Origin: Eledone cirrhosa
Taxonomy: Eukaryota
Direction: 5' to 3'
Assembly: GCA_964016885.1 (NCBI GenBank)
Contig: OZ024758.1
Span: forward strand, 28,768,001-28,832,000
DNA length: 64,000 bases
Numbering within the stretch: the first letter of the stretch is position 1; each line of letters opens with the position of its first letter. Position numbers and translations under genes: made by a program. The notes beneath the pieces were generated by a model. That model had not been told where the DNA came from. It saw only the letters and a program-made list of their open reading frames with translations, and ran no database searches. Below, piece after piece: positions 40,901 through 53,991 of the stretch.

Positions 40901-43900
40901 AATAAGACCTTAAGGTGCTAACGTATCTGCAGAGTTGCTGCTCATTAATAAGACCCTAACATGCTAACGTATCTGCAGGGTTGCTGCTCATTAATAAGAC
41001 CCTAAGGTGCTAACGTATCTGCAGGGTTGCTGCTCATTAATAAGATCCTAAGATGCTAACGTATCTGCAGGGTTGCTGCTCATTAATAAGACCCTAACAT
41101 GCTAACGTATCTGCAGGGTTGCTGCTCATTAATAAGACCCTAATGTGCTAACGTATCTGCAGGGTTGCTGCTCATTAATAAGACCTTAAGATGCTAACGT
41201 ATCTGCAGGGTTGCTGCTCATTAATAAGACCCTAACATGCTAACGTATCTGCAGGGTTGCTGCTCATTAATAAGACCCTAAGGTGCTAACGTATCTGCAG
41301 GGTTGCTGCTCATTAATAAGACCCTAACATGCTAACGTATCTGCAGGGTTGCTGCTCATTAATAAGACCCTAAGATGCTAACGTATCTGCAGGGTTGCTG
41401 CTCATTAATAAGACCCTAACATGCTAACGTATCTGCAGGGTTGCTGCTCATTAATAAGACCTTAACATGCTAACGTATCTGCAGGGTTGCTGCTCATTAA
41501 TAAGACCCTAACATGCTAACGTATCTGCAGGGTTGCTGCTCATTAATAAGACCCTAACATGCTAACGTATCTGCAGGGTTGCTGCTCATTAATAAGACCC
41601 TAAGATGCTAACGTATCTGCAGGGTTGCTGCTCATTAATAAGACCCTAAGATGCTAACGTATCTGCAGGGTTGCTGCTCATTAATAAGACCCTAACATGC
41701 TAACGTATCTGCAGGGCTACTGCTCATTAATAAGACCCTAAGATGCTAACGTATCTGCAGGGTTGCTGCTCATTAATAAGACCCTAAGGTGCTAACGTCT
41801 CTGCAGGGTGTCTGCTCATTAATAAGACCCTAAGATGCTAACGTATCTGCAGGGTTGCTGCTCATTAATAAGACCCTAACATGCTAACGTATCTTCAGGG
41901 TTGCTACTCATTAATAAGACCCTAACATGCTAACGTATCTGCAGGGTTGCTGCTCATTAATATGACCCTAACATGCTAACGTATCTGCAGGGTTGCTGCT
42001 CATTAATAAGACCCTAAAGTGCTAACGTATCTGCAGGGTTGCTGCTCATTAATAAGACCCTAAGGTGCTAACGTATCTGCAGGGTTGCTGCTCATTAATA
42101 AGACCCTAAGATGGTATCGTATCTGCAGGGTTGCTGCTCATTAATAAGACCCTAACATGCTAACGTATCTGCAGGGTTGCTGCTCATTAATAAGACCCTA
42201 ATATGCTAACGTATCTGCAGGGTTGCTGCTCATTAATAAGACCCTAAGATGCTAACGTATCTGCAGGGTTGCTGCTCATTAATAAGACCCTAAGGTGCTA
42301 ACGTATCTGCAGGATTGCTGCTCATTAATAAGACCCTAACATGCTAACGTATCTGCAGGGTTGCTGCTCATTAATAACACCCTAAGGTGCTAACGTATCT
42401 GCAGGGTTGCTGCTCATTAATAAGACCCTAAGGTGCTAACGTATCTGCAGGGTTGTTGCTCATTAATAACACCCTAAGGTGCTAACGTATCTGCAGGGTT
42501 GCTGCTCATTAATAACACCCTAAGGTGCTAACGTATCTGCAGGGTTGCTGCTCATTAATAAGACCCTAAGGTGCTAACGTATCTGCAGGGTTGTTGCTCA
42601 TTAATAACACCCTAAGGTGCTAACGTATCTGCAGGGTTGCTGCTCATTAATAAGACCCTAAGATCCTAACGTATCTGCAGGGTTGCGGCTCATTAATAAG
42701 ACCCTAAGGTGCTAACGTATCTGCAGGGTTGCTGCTCATTAATAAGACCCTAACATGCTAACGTATCTGCCGGGTTGCTGCTCATTAATAAGACCCTAAC
42801 ATGCTAACGTATCTGCAGGGTTGCTGCTCATTAATAAGACCCTAAAATGCTAACATATCTGCAGGGTTGCTGCTCATTAATAAGACCCTAAGGTGCTAAC
42901 ATATCTGCAGGGTTGCTGCTCATTAATAAGACCCTAACATGCTAACGTATCTGCAGGGTTGCTGCTCATTAATAAGACCCTAAGGTGCTAACGTATCTGC
43001 AGGGTTGCTGCTCATTAATAAGACCCTAAGGTGCTAACCTATCTGCAGGGTTGCTGCTCATTAATAAGACCCTAACATGCTAACGTATCTGCAGGGTTGC
43101 TGCTCATTAATAAGACCCTAAGGTGCTAACGTATCTGCAGGGTTGCTGCTCATTAATAAGACCCTAAGGTGCTAACGTATCTTCAGGGTTGCTGCTCATT
43201 AATAAGACCCTAAGGTGCTAACGTATCTGCAGGGTTGCTGCTCATTAATAAGACCTTAAGGTGCTAACGTATCTGCAGGGTTGCTGCTCATTAATAAGAC
43301 CCTAACATGCTAACGTATCTGCAGGGTTGCTGCACATTAATAAGACCCTAAGGTGCTAACGTATCTGCAGGGTTGCTGCTCATTAATAAGATCCTAAGAT
43401 GCTAACGTATCTGCAGCGTTGCTGCTCATTAATAAGACCCTAACATGCTAACGTATCTGCAGGGTTGCTGCTCATTAATAAGACCCTAATGTGCTAACGT
43501 ATCTGCAGGGTTGCTGCTCATTAATAAGACCTTAAGATGCTAACGTATCTGCAGGGTTGCTGCTCATTAATAAGACCCTAACATGCTAACGTATCTGCAG
43601 GGTTGCTGCTCATTAATAAGACCCTAAGGTGCTAACGTATCTGCAGGGTTGCTGCTCATTAATAAGACCCTAACATGCTAACGTATCTGCAGGGTTGCTG
43701 CTCATTAATAAGACCCTAAGATGCTAACGTATCTGCAGGGTTGCTGCTCATTAATAAGACCCTAACATGCTAACGTATCTGCAGGGTTGCTGCTCATTAA
43801 TAAGACCTTAACATGCTAACGTATCTGCAGGGTTGCTGCTCATTAATAAGACCCTAACATGCTAACGTATCTGCAGGGTTGCTGCTCATTAATAAGACCC

Positions 43901-46900
43901 TAACATGCTAACGTATCTGCAGGGTTGCTGCTCATTAATAAGACCCTAAGATGCTAACGTATCTGCAGGGTTGCTGCTCATTAATAAGACCCTAACATGC
44001 TAACGTATCTGCAGGGTTGCTGCTCATTAATAAGACCCTAACATGCTAACGTATCTGCAGGGCTACTGCTCATTAATAAGACCCTAAGATGCTAACGTAT
44101 CTGCAGGGTTGCTGCTCATTAATAAGACCCTAATGTGCTAACGTATCTGCAGGGTTGCTGCTCATTAATAAGACCCTAAGGTGCTAACGTATCTGCAGGG
44201 TTGCTGCTCATTAATAAGACCCTAACATGCTAACGTATCTGCAGGGTTGCTGCTCATTAATAAGACCCTAAGGTGCTAACGTATCTGCAGGGTTGCTGCT
44301 CATTAATAAGACCCTAAGGTGCTAACGTATCTGCAGGGTTGCTGCTCATTAATAAGACCCTAACATGCTAACGTATCTGCAGGGTTGCTGCTCATTAATA
44401 AGACCCTAACATGCTAACGTATCTGCAGGGTTGCTGCTCATTAATAAGACCCTAAGATGCTAACGTATCTGCAGGGTTGCTGCTCATTAATAAGACCCTA
44501 ACATGCTAACGTATCTGCAGGGTTGCTGCTCATTAATAAGACCCTAACATGCTAACGTATCTGCAGGGTTGCTGCTCATTAATAAGACCCTAAGATGCTA
44601 ACGTATCTGCAGGGTTGCTGCTCATTAATAAGACCCTAACATGCTAACGTATCTGCAGGGTTGCTGCTCATTAATAAGAACCTAAGGTGCTAACGTATCT
44701 GCAGGGTTGCTGCTCATTAATAAGACCTTAAGATTCTAACGTATCTGCAGGGTTGCTGCTCATTAATAAGACCCTAAGATGCTAACGTATCTGCAGGGTT
44801 GCTGCTCCTCATTAATAAGACCTTAACATGCTAACGTATCTGCAGGGTTGCTGCTCATTAATAAGACCCTAACATGCTAACGTATCTGCAGGGTTGCTGC
44901 TCATTAATAAGAACCTAAGGTGCTAACGTATCTGCAGGGTTGCTGCTCATTAATAAGACCTTAAGATTCTAACGTATCTGCAGGGTTGCTGCTCATTAAT
45001 AAGACCCTAAGATGCTAACGTATCTGCAGGGTTGCTGCTCCTCATTAATAAGACCTTAACATGCTAACGTATCTGCAGGGTTACTGCTCATTAATAAGAC
45101 CCTAACATGCTAACGTATCTGCAGGGTTGCTGCTCATTAATAAGACCCTAAGATGCTAACGTATCTGCAGGGTTGCTGCTCATTAATAAGACCCTAAGAT
45201 GCTAACGTATCTGCAGGGTTGCTGCTCATTAATAAGACCCTAACATGCTAACGTATCTGCAGGGTTGCTGCTCATTAATAAGACCCTAAGGTGCTAACGT
45301 ATCTGCAGGGTTGCTGCTCATTAATAAGACCCTAAGATGCTAACGTATCTGCAGGGTTGCTGCTCATTAATAAGACCCTGAGGTGCTAACGTATCTGCAG
45401 GGTTGCTGCTCATTAATAAGACCCTAAGGTGCTAACGTATCTGCAGGGTTGCTGCTCATTAATAAGACCCTAACATGCTAACGTATCTGCAGGGTTGCTG
45501 CTCATTAATAACACCCTAAGGTGCTAACGTATCTGCAGGGTTGCTGCTCATTAATAACACCCTAAGGTGCTAACGTATCTGCAGGGTTGCTGCTCATTAA
45601 TAAGACCCTAAGATCCTAACGTATCTGCAGGGTTGCGGCTCATTAATAAGACCCTAAGGTGCTAACGTATCTGCAGGGTTGCTGTTCATTAATAACACCC
45701 TAAGGTGCTAACGTATCTGCAGGGTTGCTGCTCATTAATAAGACCCTAAGGTGCTAACGTATCTGCAGGGTTGCTGCTCATTAATAAGACCCTAACATGC
45801 TAACGTATCTGCCGGGTTGCTGCTCATTAATAAGACCCTAACATGCTAACGTATCTGCAGGGTTGCTGCTCATTAATAAGACCCTAAAATGCTAACATAT
45901 CTGCAGGGTTGCTGCTCATTAATAAGACCCTAAGGTGCTAACGTATCTGCAGGGTTGCTGCTCATTAATAAGACCCTAAGGTGCTAACGTATCTGCAGGG
46001 TTGCTGCTCATTAATAAGACCCTAAGATGCTAACGTATCTGCAGGGTTGCTGCTCATTAATAAGACCCTAAGGTGCTAACGTATCTGCGGGGTTGCTGCT
46101 CATTAATAAGACCCTAAGGTGCTAACGTATCTGCAGGGTTGCTGCTCATTAATAAGACCCTAAGATGCTAACGTATCTGCGGGGTTGCTGCTCATTAATA
46201 AGACCCTAAGGTGCTAACGTATCTGCAGGGTTGCTGCTCATTAATAAGACCCTAAGATGCTAACGTATCTGCAGGGTTGCTGCTCATTAATAAGACCCTA
46301 AGATGCTAACGTATCTGCAGGGTTGCTGCTCATTAATAAGACCCTAACATGCTAACGTATCTGCAGGGTTGTTGCTCATTAATAAGACCCTAACATGCTA
46401 ACGTATCTGCAGGGTTGCTGCTCATTAATAAGACCCTAATGTGCTAACGTATCTGCAGGGTTGCTGCTCATTAATAAGACCTTAAGATGCTAACGTATCT
46501 GCAGGGTTGCTGCTCATTAATAAGACCCTAACATGCTAACGTATCTGCAGGGTTGCTGCTCATTAATAAGACCCTAAGGTGCTAACGTATCTGCAGGGTT
46601 GCTGCTCATTAATAAGACCCTAACATGCTAACGTATCTGCAGGGTTGCTGCTCATTAATAAGACCCTAAGATGCTAACGTATCTGCAGGGTTGCTGCTCA
46701 TTAATAAGACCCTAACATGCTAACGTATCTGCAGGGTTGCTGCTCATTAATAAGACCCTAAGATGCTAACGTATCTGCAGGGTTGCTGCTCATTAATAAG
46801 ACCCTAACATGCTAACGTATCTGCAGGGTTGCTGCTCATTAATAAGACCCTAAGGTGCTAACGTATCTGCAGGGTTGCTGCTCATTAATAAGACCTTAAG

Positions 46901-49900
46901 ATGCTAACGTATCTGCAGGGTTGCTGCTCATTAATAAGACCCTAAGATGCTAACGTATCTGCAGGGTTGCTGCTCCTCATTAATAAGACCCTAACATGCT
47001 AACGTATCTGCAGGGTTGCTGCTCATTAATAAGACCCTAACATGTTAACGTATCTGCAGGGTTGCTGCTCATTAATAAGACCCTAAGATGCTAACGTATC
47101 TGCAGGGTTGCTGCTCATTAATAAGACCCTAACATGCTAACGTATCTGCAGGGTTGCTGCTCATTAATAAGACCCTAAGGTGCTAACGTATCTGCAGGGT
47201 TGCTGCTCATTAATAAGACCCTAACATGCTAACGTATCTGCAGGGTTGCTGCTCATTAATAAGACCCTAACATGCTAACGTATCTGCAGGGTTGCTGCTC
47301 ATTAATAAGACCCTAAGATGCTAACGTATCTGCAGGGTTGCTGCTCATTAATAAGACCCTAACATGCTAACGTATCTGCAGGGTTGCTGCTCATTAATAA
47401 GACCCTAAGGTGCTAACGTATCTGCATGGTTGCTGCTCATTAATAAGACCCTAAGCTGCTAACGTATCTGCAGGGTTGCTGCTCATTAATAAGACCCTAA
47501 CATGCTAACGTATCTGCAGGGTTGCTGCTCATTAATAAGACCCTAACATGCTAACGTATCTGCAGGGTTGCTGCTCATTAATAAGACCCTAACATGCTAA
47601 CGTATCTGCAGGGTTGCTGCTCATTAATAAGACCCTAACATGCTAACGTATCTGCAGGGTTGCTGCTCATTAATAAGACCCTAAGGTGCTAACGTATCTG
47701 CAGGGTTGCTGCTCATTAATAAGACCTTAAGATGCTAACGTATCTGCAGGGTTGCTGCTCATTAATAAGACCCTAAGATGCTAACGTATCTGCAGGGTTG
47801 CTGCTCCTCATTAATAAGACCCTAACATGCTAACGTATCTGCAGGGTTGCTGCTCATTAATAAGACCCTAACATGTTAACGTATCTGCAGGGTTGCTGCT
47901 CATTAATAAGACCCTAAGATGCTAACGTATCTGCAGGGTTGCTGCTCATTAATAAGACCCTAACATGCTAACGTATCTGCAGGGTTGCTGCTCATTAATA
48001 AGACCCTAAGGTGCTAACGTATCTGCAGGGTTGCTGCTCATTAATAAGACCCTAACATGCTAACGTATCTGCAGGGTTGCTGCTCATTAATAACACCCTA
48101 AGGTGCTAACGTATCTGCAGGGTTGCTGCTCATTAATAACACCCTAAGGTGCTAACGTATCTGCAGGGTTGCTGCTCATTAATAAGACCCTAAGATCCTA
48201 ACGTATCTGCAGGGTTGCGGCTCATTAATAAGACCCTAAGGTGCTAACGTATCTGCAGGGTTGCTGTTCATTAATAACACCCTAAGGTGCTAACGTATCT
48301 GCAGGGTTGCTGCTCATTAATAAGACCCTAACATGCTAACGTATCTGCAGGGTTGCTGCTCATTAATAAGACCCTAAGATGCTAACGTATCTGCAGGGTT
48401 GCTGCTCATTAATAAGACCCTAACATGCTAACGTATCTGCAGGGTTGCTGCTCATTAATAAGACCCTAAGGTGCTAACGTATCTGCAGGGTTGCTGCTCA
48501 TTAATAAGACCCTAAGATGCTAACGTATCTGCAGGGTTGCTGCTCATTAATAAGACCCTAAGATGCTAACGTATCTGCAGGGTTGCTGCTCATTAATAAG
48601 ACCCTAACATGCTAACGTATCTGCAGGGTTGCTGCTCATTAATAAGACCCTAACATGCTAACGTATCTGCAGGGTTGCTGCTCATTAATAAGACCCTAAC
48701 ATGCTAACGTATCTGCAGGGTTGCTGCTCATTAATAAGACCCTAAGATGCTAACGTATCTGCAGCGTTGCTGCTCATTAATAAGACCCTAAGATGCTAAC
48801 GTATCTGCAGGGTTGCTGCTCATTAATAAGACCCTAACATGCTAACGTATCTGCAGGGTTGCTGCTCATTAATAAGACCCTAAGGTGCTAACGTATCTGC
48901 AGGGTTGCTGCTCATTAATAAGACCCTAACATGCTAACGTATCTGCAGGGTTGCTGCTCATTAATAAGACCCTAAGGTGCTAACGTATCTGCAGGGTTGC
49001 TGCTCATTAATAAGACCCTAAGATGCTAACGTATCTGCAGGGTTGCTGCTCAATAATAAGACCCTAACATGCTAACGTATCTGCAGGGTTGCTGCTCATT
49101 AATAAGACCCTAAGATGCTAACGTATCTGCAGGGTTGCTGCTCATTAATAAGACCCTAAGATGCTAACGTATCTGCAGGGTTGCTGCTCATTAATAAGAC
49201 CCTAACATGCTAACGTATCTGCAGGGTTGCTGCTCATTAATAAGACCCTAAGGTGCTAACGTATCTGCAGGGTTGCTGCTCATTAATAAGACCCTAAGAT
49301 GCTAACGTATCTGCAGGGTTGCTGCTCATTAATAAGACCCTAAGATTCTAACGTATCTGCAGGGTTGCTGCTCATTAATAAGACCCTAACATGCTAACGT
49401 ATCTGCAGGGTTGCTGCTCATTAATAAGACCCTAAGGTGCTAACGTATCTGCAGGGTTGCTGCTCATTAATAAGACCCTAAGGTGCTAACGTATCTGCAG
49501 GGTTGCTGCTCATTAATAAGACCCTAAGATGCTAACGTATCTGCAGGGTTGCTGCTCATTAATAAGACCCTAAGATGCTAACGTATCTGCAGGGTTGCTG
49601 CTCATTAATAAGACCCTAACATGCTAACGTATCTGCAGGGTTGCTGCTCATTAATAAGACCCTAAGGTGCTAACGTATCTGCAGGGTTGCTGCTCATTAA
49701 TAAGACCCTAAGGTGCTAACGTATCTGCAGGGTTGCTGCTCATTAATAAGACCCTAAGGTGCTAACGTATCTGCAGGGTTGCTGCTCATTAATAAGACCC
49801 TAACATGCTAACGTATCTGCAGGGTTGCTGCTCATTAATAAGACCCTAAGATGCTAACGTATCTGCAGGGTTGCTGCTCATTAATAAGACCCTAAGATGC

Positions 49901-51814
49901 TAACGTATCTGCAGGGTTGCTCCTCATTAATAAGACCCTAAGGTGCTAACGTATCTGCAGGGTTGCTGCTCATTAATAAGACCCTAAGGTGCTAACGTAT
50001 CTGCAGGGTTGCTGCTCATTAATAAGACCCTAAGATGCTAACGTATCTGCAGGGTTGCTGCTCATTAATAAGACCCTAAGATGCTAACGTATCTGCAGGG
50101 TTACTGCTCATTAATAAGACCCTAAGGTGCTAACGTATCTGCAGGGTTGCTGCTCATTAATAAGACCCTAAGATGCTAACGTATCTGCAGGGTTGCTGCT
50201 CATTAATAAGACCCTAAGGTGCTAACGTATCTGCAGGGTTGCTGCTCATTAATAAGACCCTAAGCTGCTAACGTATCTGCAGGGTTGCTGCTCATTAATA
50301 AGACCCTAAGATGCTAACGTATCTGCAGGGTTGCTGCTCATTAATAAGACCCTAAGGTGCTAACGTATCTGCAGGGTTGCTGCTCATTAATAACACCCTA
50401 ACATGCTAACGTATCTGCAGGGTTGCTGCTCATTAATAAGACCCTAAGATGCTAACGTATCTGCAGGGTTGCTGCTCATTAATAAGACCCTATGGTGCTA
50501 ACGTATCTGCAGGGTTGCTGCTCATTAATAAGACCCTAAGATGCTAACGTATCTGCAGGGTTGCTGCTCATTAATAAGACCCTAATATGCTAACGTATCT
50601 GCAGGGTTGCTGCTCATTAATAAGACCCTAATATGCTAACGTATCTGCAGGGTTGCTGCTCATTAATAAGACCCTAAGATGCTAACGTATCTGCAGGGTT
50701 GCTGCTCATTAATAAGACCCTAAGATGCTAACGTATCTGCAGGGTTGCTGCTCATTAATAAGACCCTAACATGCTAACGTATCTGCAGGGTTGATGCTCA
50801 TTAATAAGACCCTAAGGTGCTAACGTATCTGCAGGGTTGCTGCTCATTAATAAGACCCTAACATGCTAACGTATCTGCAGGGTTGCTGCTCATTAATAAG
50901 ACCCTAAGGTGCTAACGTATCTGCAGGGTTGCTGCTCATTAATAAGACCCTAACATGCTAACGTATCTGCAGGGTTGCTGCTCATTAATAAGACCCTAAG
51001 ATGCTAACGTATCTGCAGGGTTGCTGCTCATTAATAAGACCCTAACATGCTAACGTATCTGCAGGGTTGCTGCTCATTAATAAGACCCTAACATGCTAAC
51101 GTATCTGCAGGGTTGCTGCTCATTAATAAGACCCTAAGGTGCTAACGTATCTGCAGGGTTGCTGCTCATTAATAAGACCCTAACATGCTAACGTATCTGC
51201 AGGGTTGCTGCTCATTAATAAGACCCTAACATGCTAACGTATCTGCAGGGTTGCTGCTCATTAATAAGACCCTAACATGCTAACGTATCTGCAGGGTTGC
51301 TGCTCATTAATAAGACCCTAACATGCTAACGTATCTGCAGGGTTGATGCTCATTAATAAGACCCTAAGGTGCTAACGTATCTGCAGGGTTGCTGCTCATT
51401 AATAAGACCCTAACATGCTAACGTATCTGCAGGGTTGCTGCTCATTAATAAGACCCTAACATGCTAACGTATCTGCAGGGTTGCTGCTCATTAATAAGAC
51501 CCTAACATGCTAACGTATCTGCAGGGTTGCTGCTCATTAATAAGACCCTAAGATGCTAACGTATCTGCAGGGTTGCTGCTCATTAATAACACCCTAACAT
51601 GCTAACGTATCTGCAGGGTTGCTGCTCATTAATAAGACCCTAAGATGCTAACGTATCTGCAGGGTTGCTGCTCATTAATAAGACCCTAAGATGCTAACGT
51701 ATCTGCAGGGTTGCTGCTCATTAATAAGACCCTAAGATGCTAACGTATCTGCAGGGTTGCTGCTCATTAATAAGACCCTAACATGCTAACGTATCTGCAG
51801 GGTTGCTGCTCATT
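1936..51814. repeat. 46-bp satellite array, ~49.9 kb, ~1,080 head-to-tail units
   Basis: Units start at 1936, 1982 and onward (period 46). Consensus CATTAATAAGACCCTAANNTGCTAACGTATCTGCAGGGTTGCTGCT, with PstI (CTGCAG) and AseI (ATTAAT) sites in most units. No interrupting element or inversion seen. Confidence 0.99.
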
Positions 51815-51879
51815 TTAAATATTTCTTTATATGTTTTAAGAATATTACATGAAATAATGAAGTTATTAAAAAATAATAA

Positions 51880-52548
51880 TAATGATGATGTTGGTGGTGA
51901 TGATGGTGTTGGTGGTGGTGTTGGTGGTGGTGGTGGTGATGGTGGTGGTGATGGTGGTGGTGGTGGTGGTGATGGTGGTGATGGTGGTGGTGGGGGTGGT
52001 GGTGAGGATGATGGTGGTGGTGGTGATGAGGATGTTATTGTTGGTGGTGGTGGTGATGTTATTGTTGGTGGTGGTGGTGATGAGGATGTTATTGTTGGTG
52101 GTGGTGGTGGTGGTGGTGGTGAGGATGTTATTGTTGGTGGTGGTGGTGGTGGTGGTGGTGGTGATGATGTTATTGTTGTTGATGGTGGTGGTGGTGGTGA
52201 GGATGATGGTGATGGTGGTGGTGAGGATGTTATTGTTGGTAGTGGTGGTGGTGGTGGTGATGTTATTGTTGGTGGTGGTGATGATGGTGATGGTGGTGGT
52301 GGTGGTGATGGTGGTTGTGGTGGTGATATTGTTGGTGATGGTGGTGATGATGGTGGTGGTGTTGGTGATGATGGTGGTGGTGGTGATGTTATTGTTGTTG
52401 TTGGTGGTGGTGGTGGTGGTGGTGATAGTGGTGGTGGTGGTGGTGATGTTATTGTTGGTGGTGGTGGTGATGATGGTGATGTTGGTGGTGAGGATGATGG
52501 TGGTGCTGGTGGTGATGTTGGTGGTGATGATGATGATGATAATGATAA
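51880..52548. repeat. Compound (GGT)n/(GAT)n trinucleotide repeat with recurrent GATGTTATTGTT blocks
   Basis: Seen directly; it generates the spurious poly-G/V/P/T ORFs. Confidence 0.95.
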
Positions 52549-52912
52549 GTAGGAGGAGGGGGACAAAAATAAAACACAAAGCAGTGTTGATAGACAGAAA
52601 TACAAGGAGTGAAAATAAGAGAACAACATATTCCACAAAAAGCGGATGTGTGCCATGTCTATTTTATGGGCAATTGAAAGGATGTTGAACATTTCACCCA
52701 CTTACAACTACTTAGTAAAGTAGATATGTGATTATTTTGTTTTGTAAATATAATAGAATGAGAAAGTTTGAATCCTCGACATTAACATATAAATCATGAT
52801 TTTATAATTTAATTTAGCTTTAATTTCTTATCTTAAACTCGTATAGCCATATGTCAATATTTTATTAGATAATATAGACATAAACATATTTATGCACATA
52901 CATATACATATA

Positions 52913-53248
52913 CATTCATTTCATTTTACGTCCGCTTTTCCCTGCTTGCAAGGGTGGGACGGGAACTGATTCTGGCTTGATTTCTACAGCTGGATGCCCT
53001 TCCTAACACCAACCTCATTTACAGTGAGTGCTGGGTGCTTTTTTGCCGTGGCACCTCCACGACCACTTTGCAGTGGAATGATAGGGAACCCAGTCCCTAT
53101 CATCTCATTTCTACAGCTAAGTAAACTGGAGCAATGTGAAATAAAGTGTCTTGCTCAAGGAAACAACACATCACCCAGTCTGAGAATTGAACACTCACAA
53201 CCTTTCCATTGCAAGCCCAATGCTCTAACCACTAAGCCATGTGCCTCC
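52913..53248 (-). mobile_element. Full-length CORE-type SINE, same subfamily as 654-1005
   Basis: Reverse complement is collinear with 654-1005 from the GGAGGCACATGGCTTAGTGG head to the GGACGTAAAATGAAATG tail, with scattered substitutions. Confidence 0.9.
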
Positions 53249-53461
53249 ATATGTATGTATGTATATATATATATATATAATATGTTGAAAAGGTAACACA
53301 CCAGAGAGAGATATATAGTGTGTTATCAATAATACAGGGAAAAAACCACCAGTGTATGGAATCTATAACCTATGAAAGGCAGACTATAGATACGATAATT
53401 AAAAATATAAATTAAAGCGTAATATAAATTAAAGCGAGGGCCTATGCCTCCGTTAATTTAT

Positions 53462-53465
<4 letters not shown>

Positions 53466-53515
<50 letters not shown>

Positions 53516-53546
53516 ATATATATGTATATATATATGTATATATGTA

Positions 53547-53579
<33 letters not shown>

Positions 53580-53581
53580 AT
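53466..53581. repeat. (TA)n/(TATG)n microsatellite
   Basis: Seen directly. Confidence 0.95.
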
Positions 53582-53991
53582 GGCAGTTGCGAAGGGTAAC
53601 CTGGAAAGCAGGGCATGCAGTCCAGTCGCCATGGCGGAAAGTGGGGCTGTGCAGCCTTAGCCCCCCCCCCCCCAATTCCCTCTAAATGACCCTCCCGGTC
53701 AAAGTCGCATGTAGTGTTATCTTGTGTGTGTGTGTGTTATTTGTTTATGTGTCTACGATTTAGTAAGCAGCCAAAATTCTGCTTGCCTCAACCGACACAA
53801 TTGATCAACTCAAGATTCTATAATCCATGCACGGACCCTTCGCCCCTCGTACACGGCTATATAAGCAATTATATGAATATATGTGTATGCCTATGCGTGT
53901 GTGTGTGTGTGTAGCTGGACCCAAATATTAGCATTGTGTGCTCAAACTGGGAAACCATCAGTAACTTAACATTACACACCAATACACTATA

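Noticed and set aside
1936-51814. CRISPR array
   Set aside because: Hairpin repeats but no unique spacers, no cas genes, and a eukaryotic context.
1936-51814. Repeat-encoded protein or tandem hammerhead ribozyme
   Set aside because: 46 is not a multiple of 3 and TAA/TAG stops recur on both strands. No CUGANGA..GAAA core on either strand.
51778-52701. Pro/Gly/Val/Thr-rich ORFs
   Set aside because: Four overlapping frames are open only because of the trinucleotide repeat.
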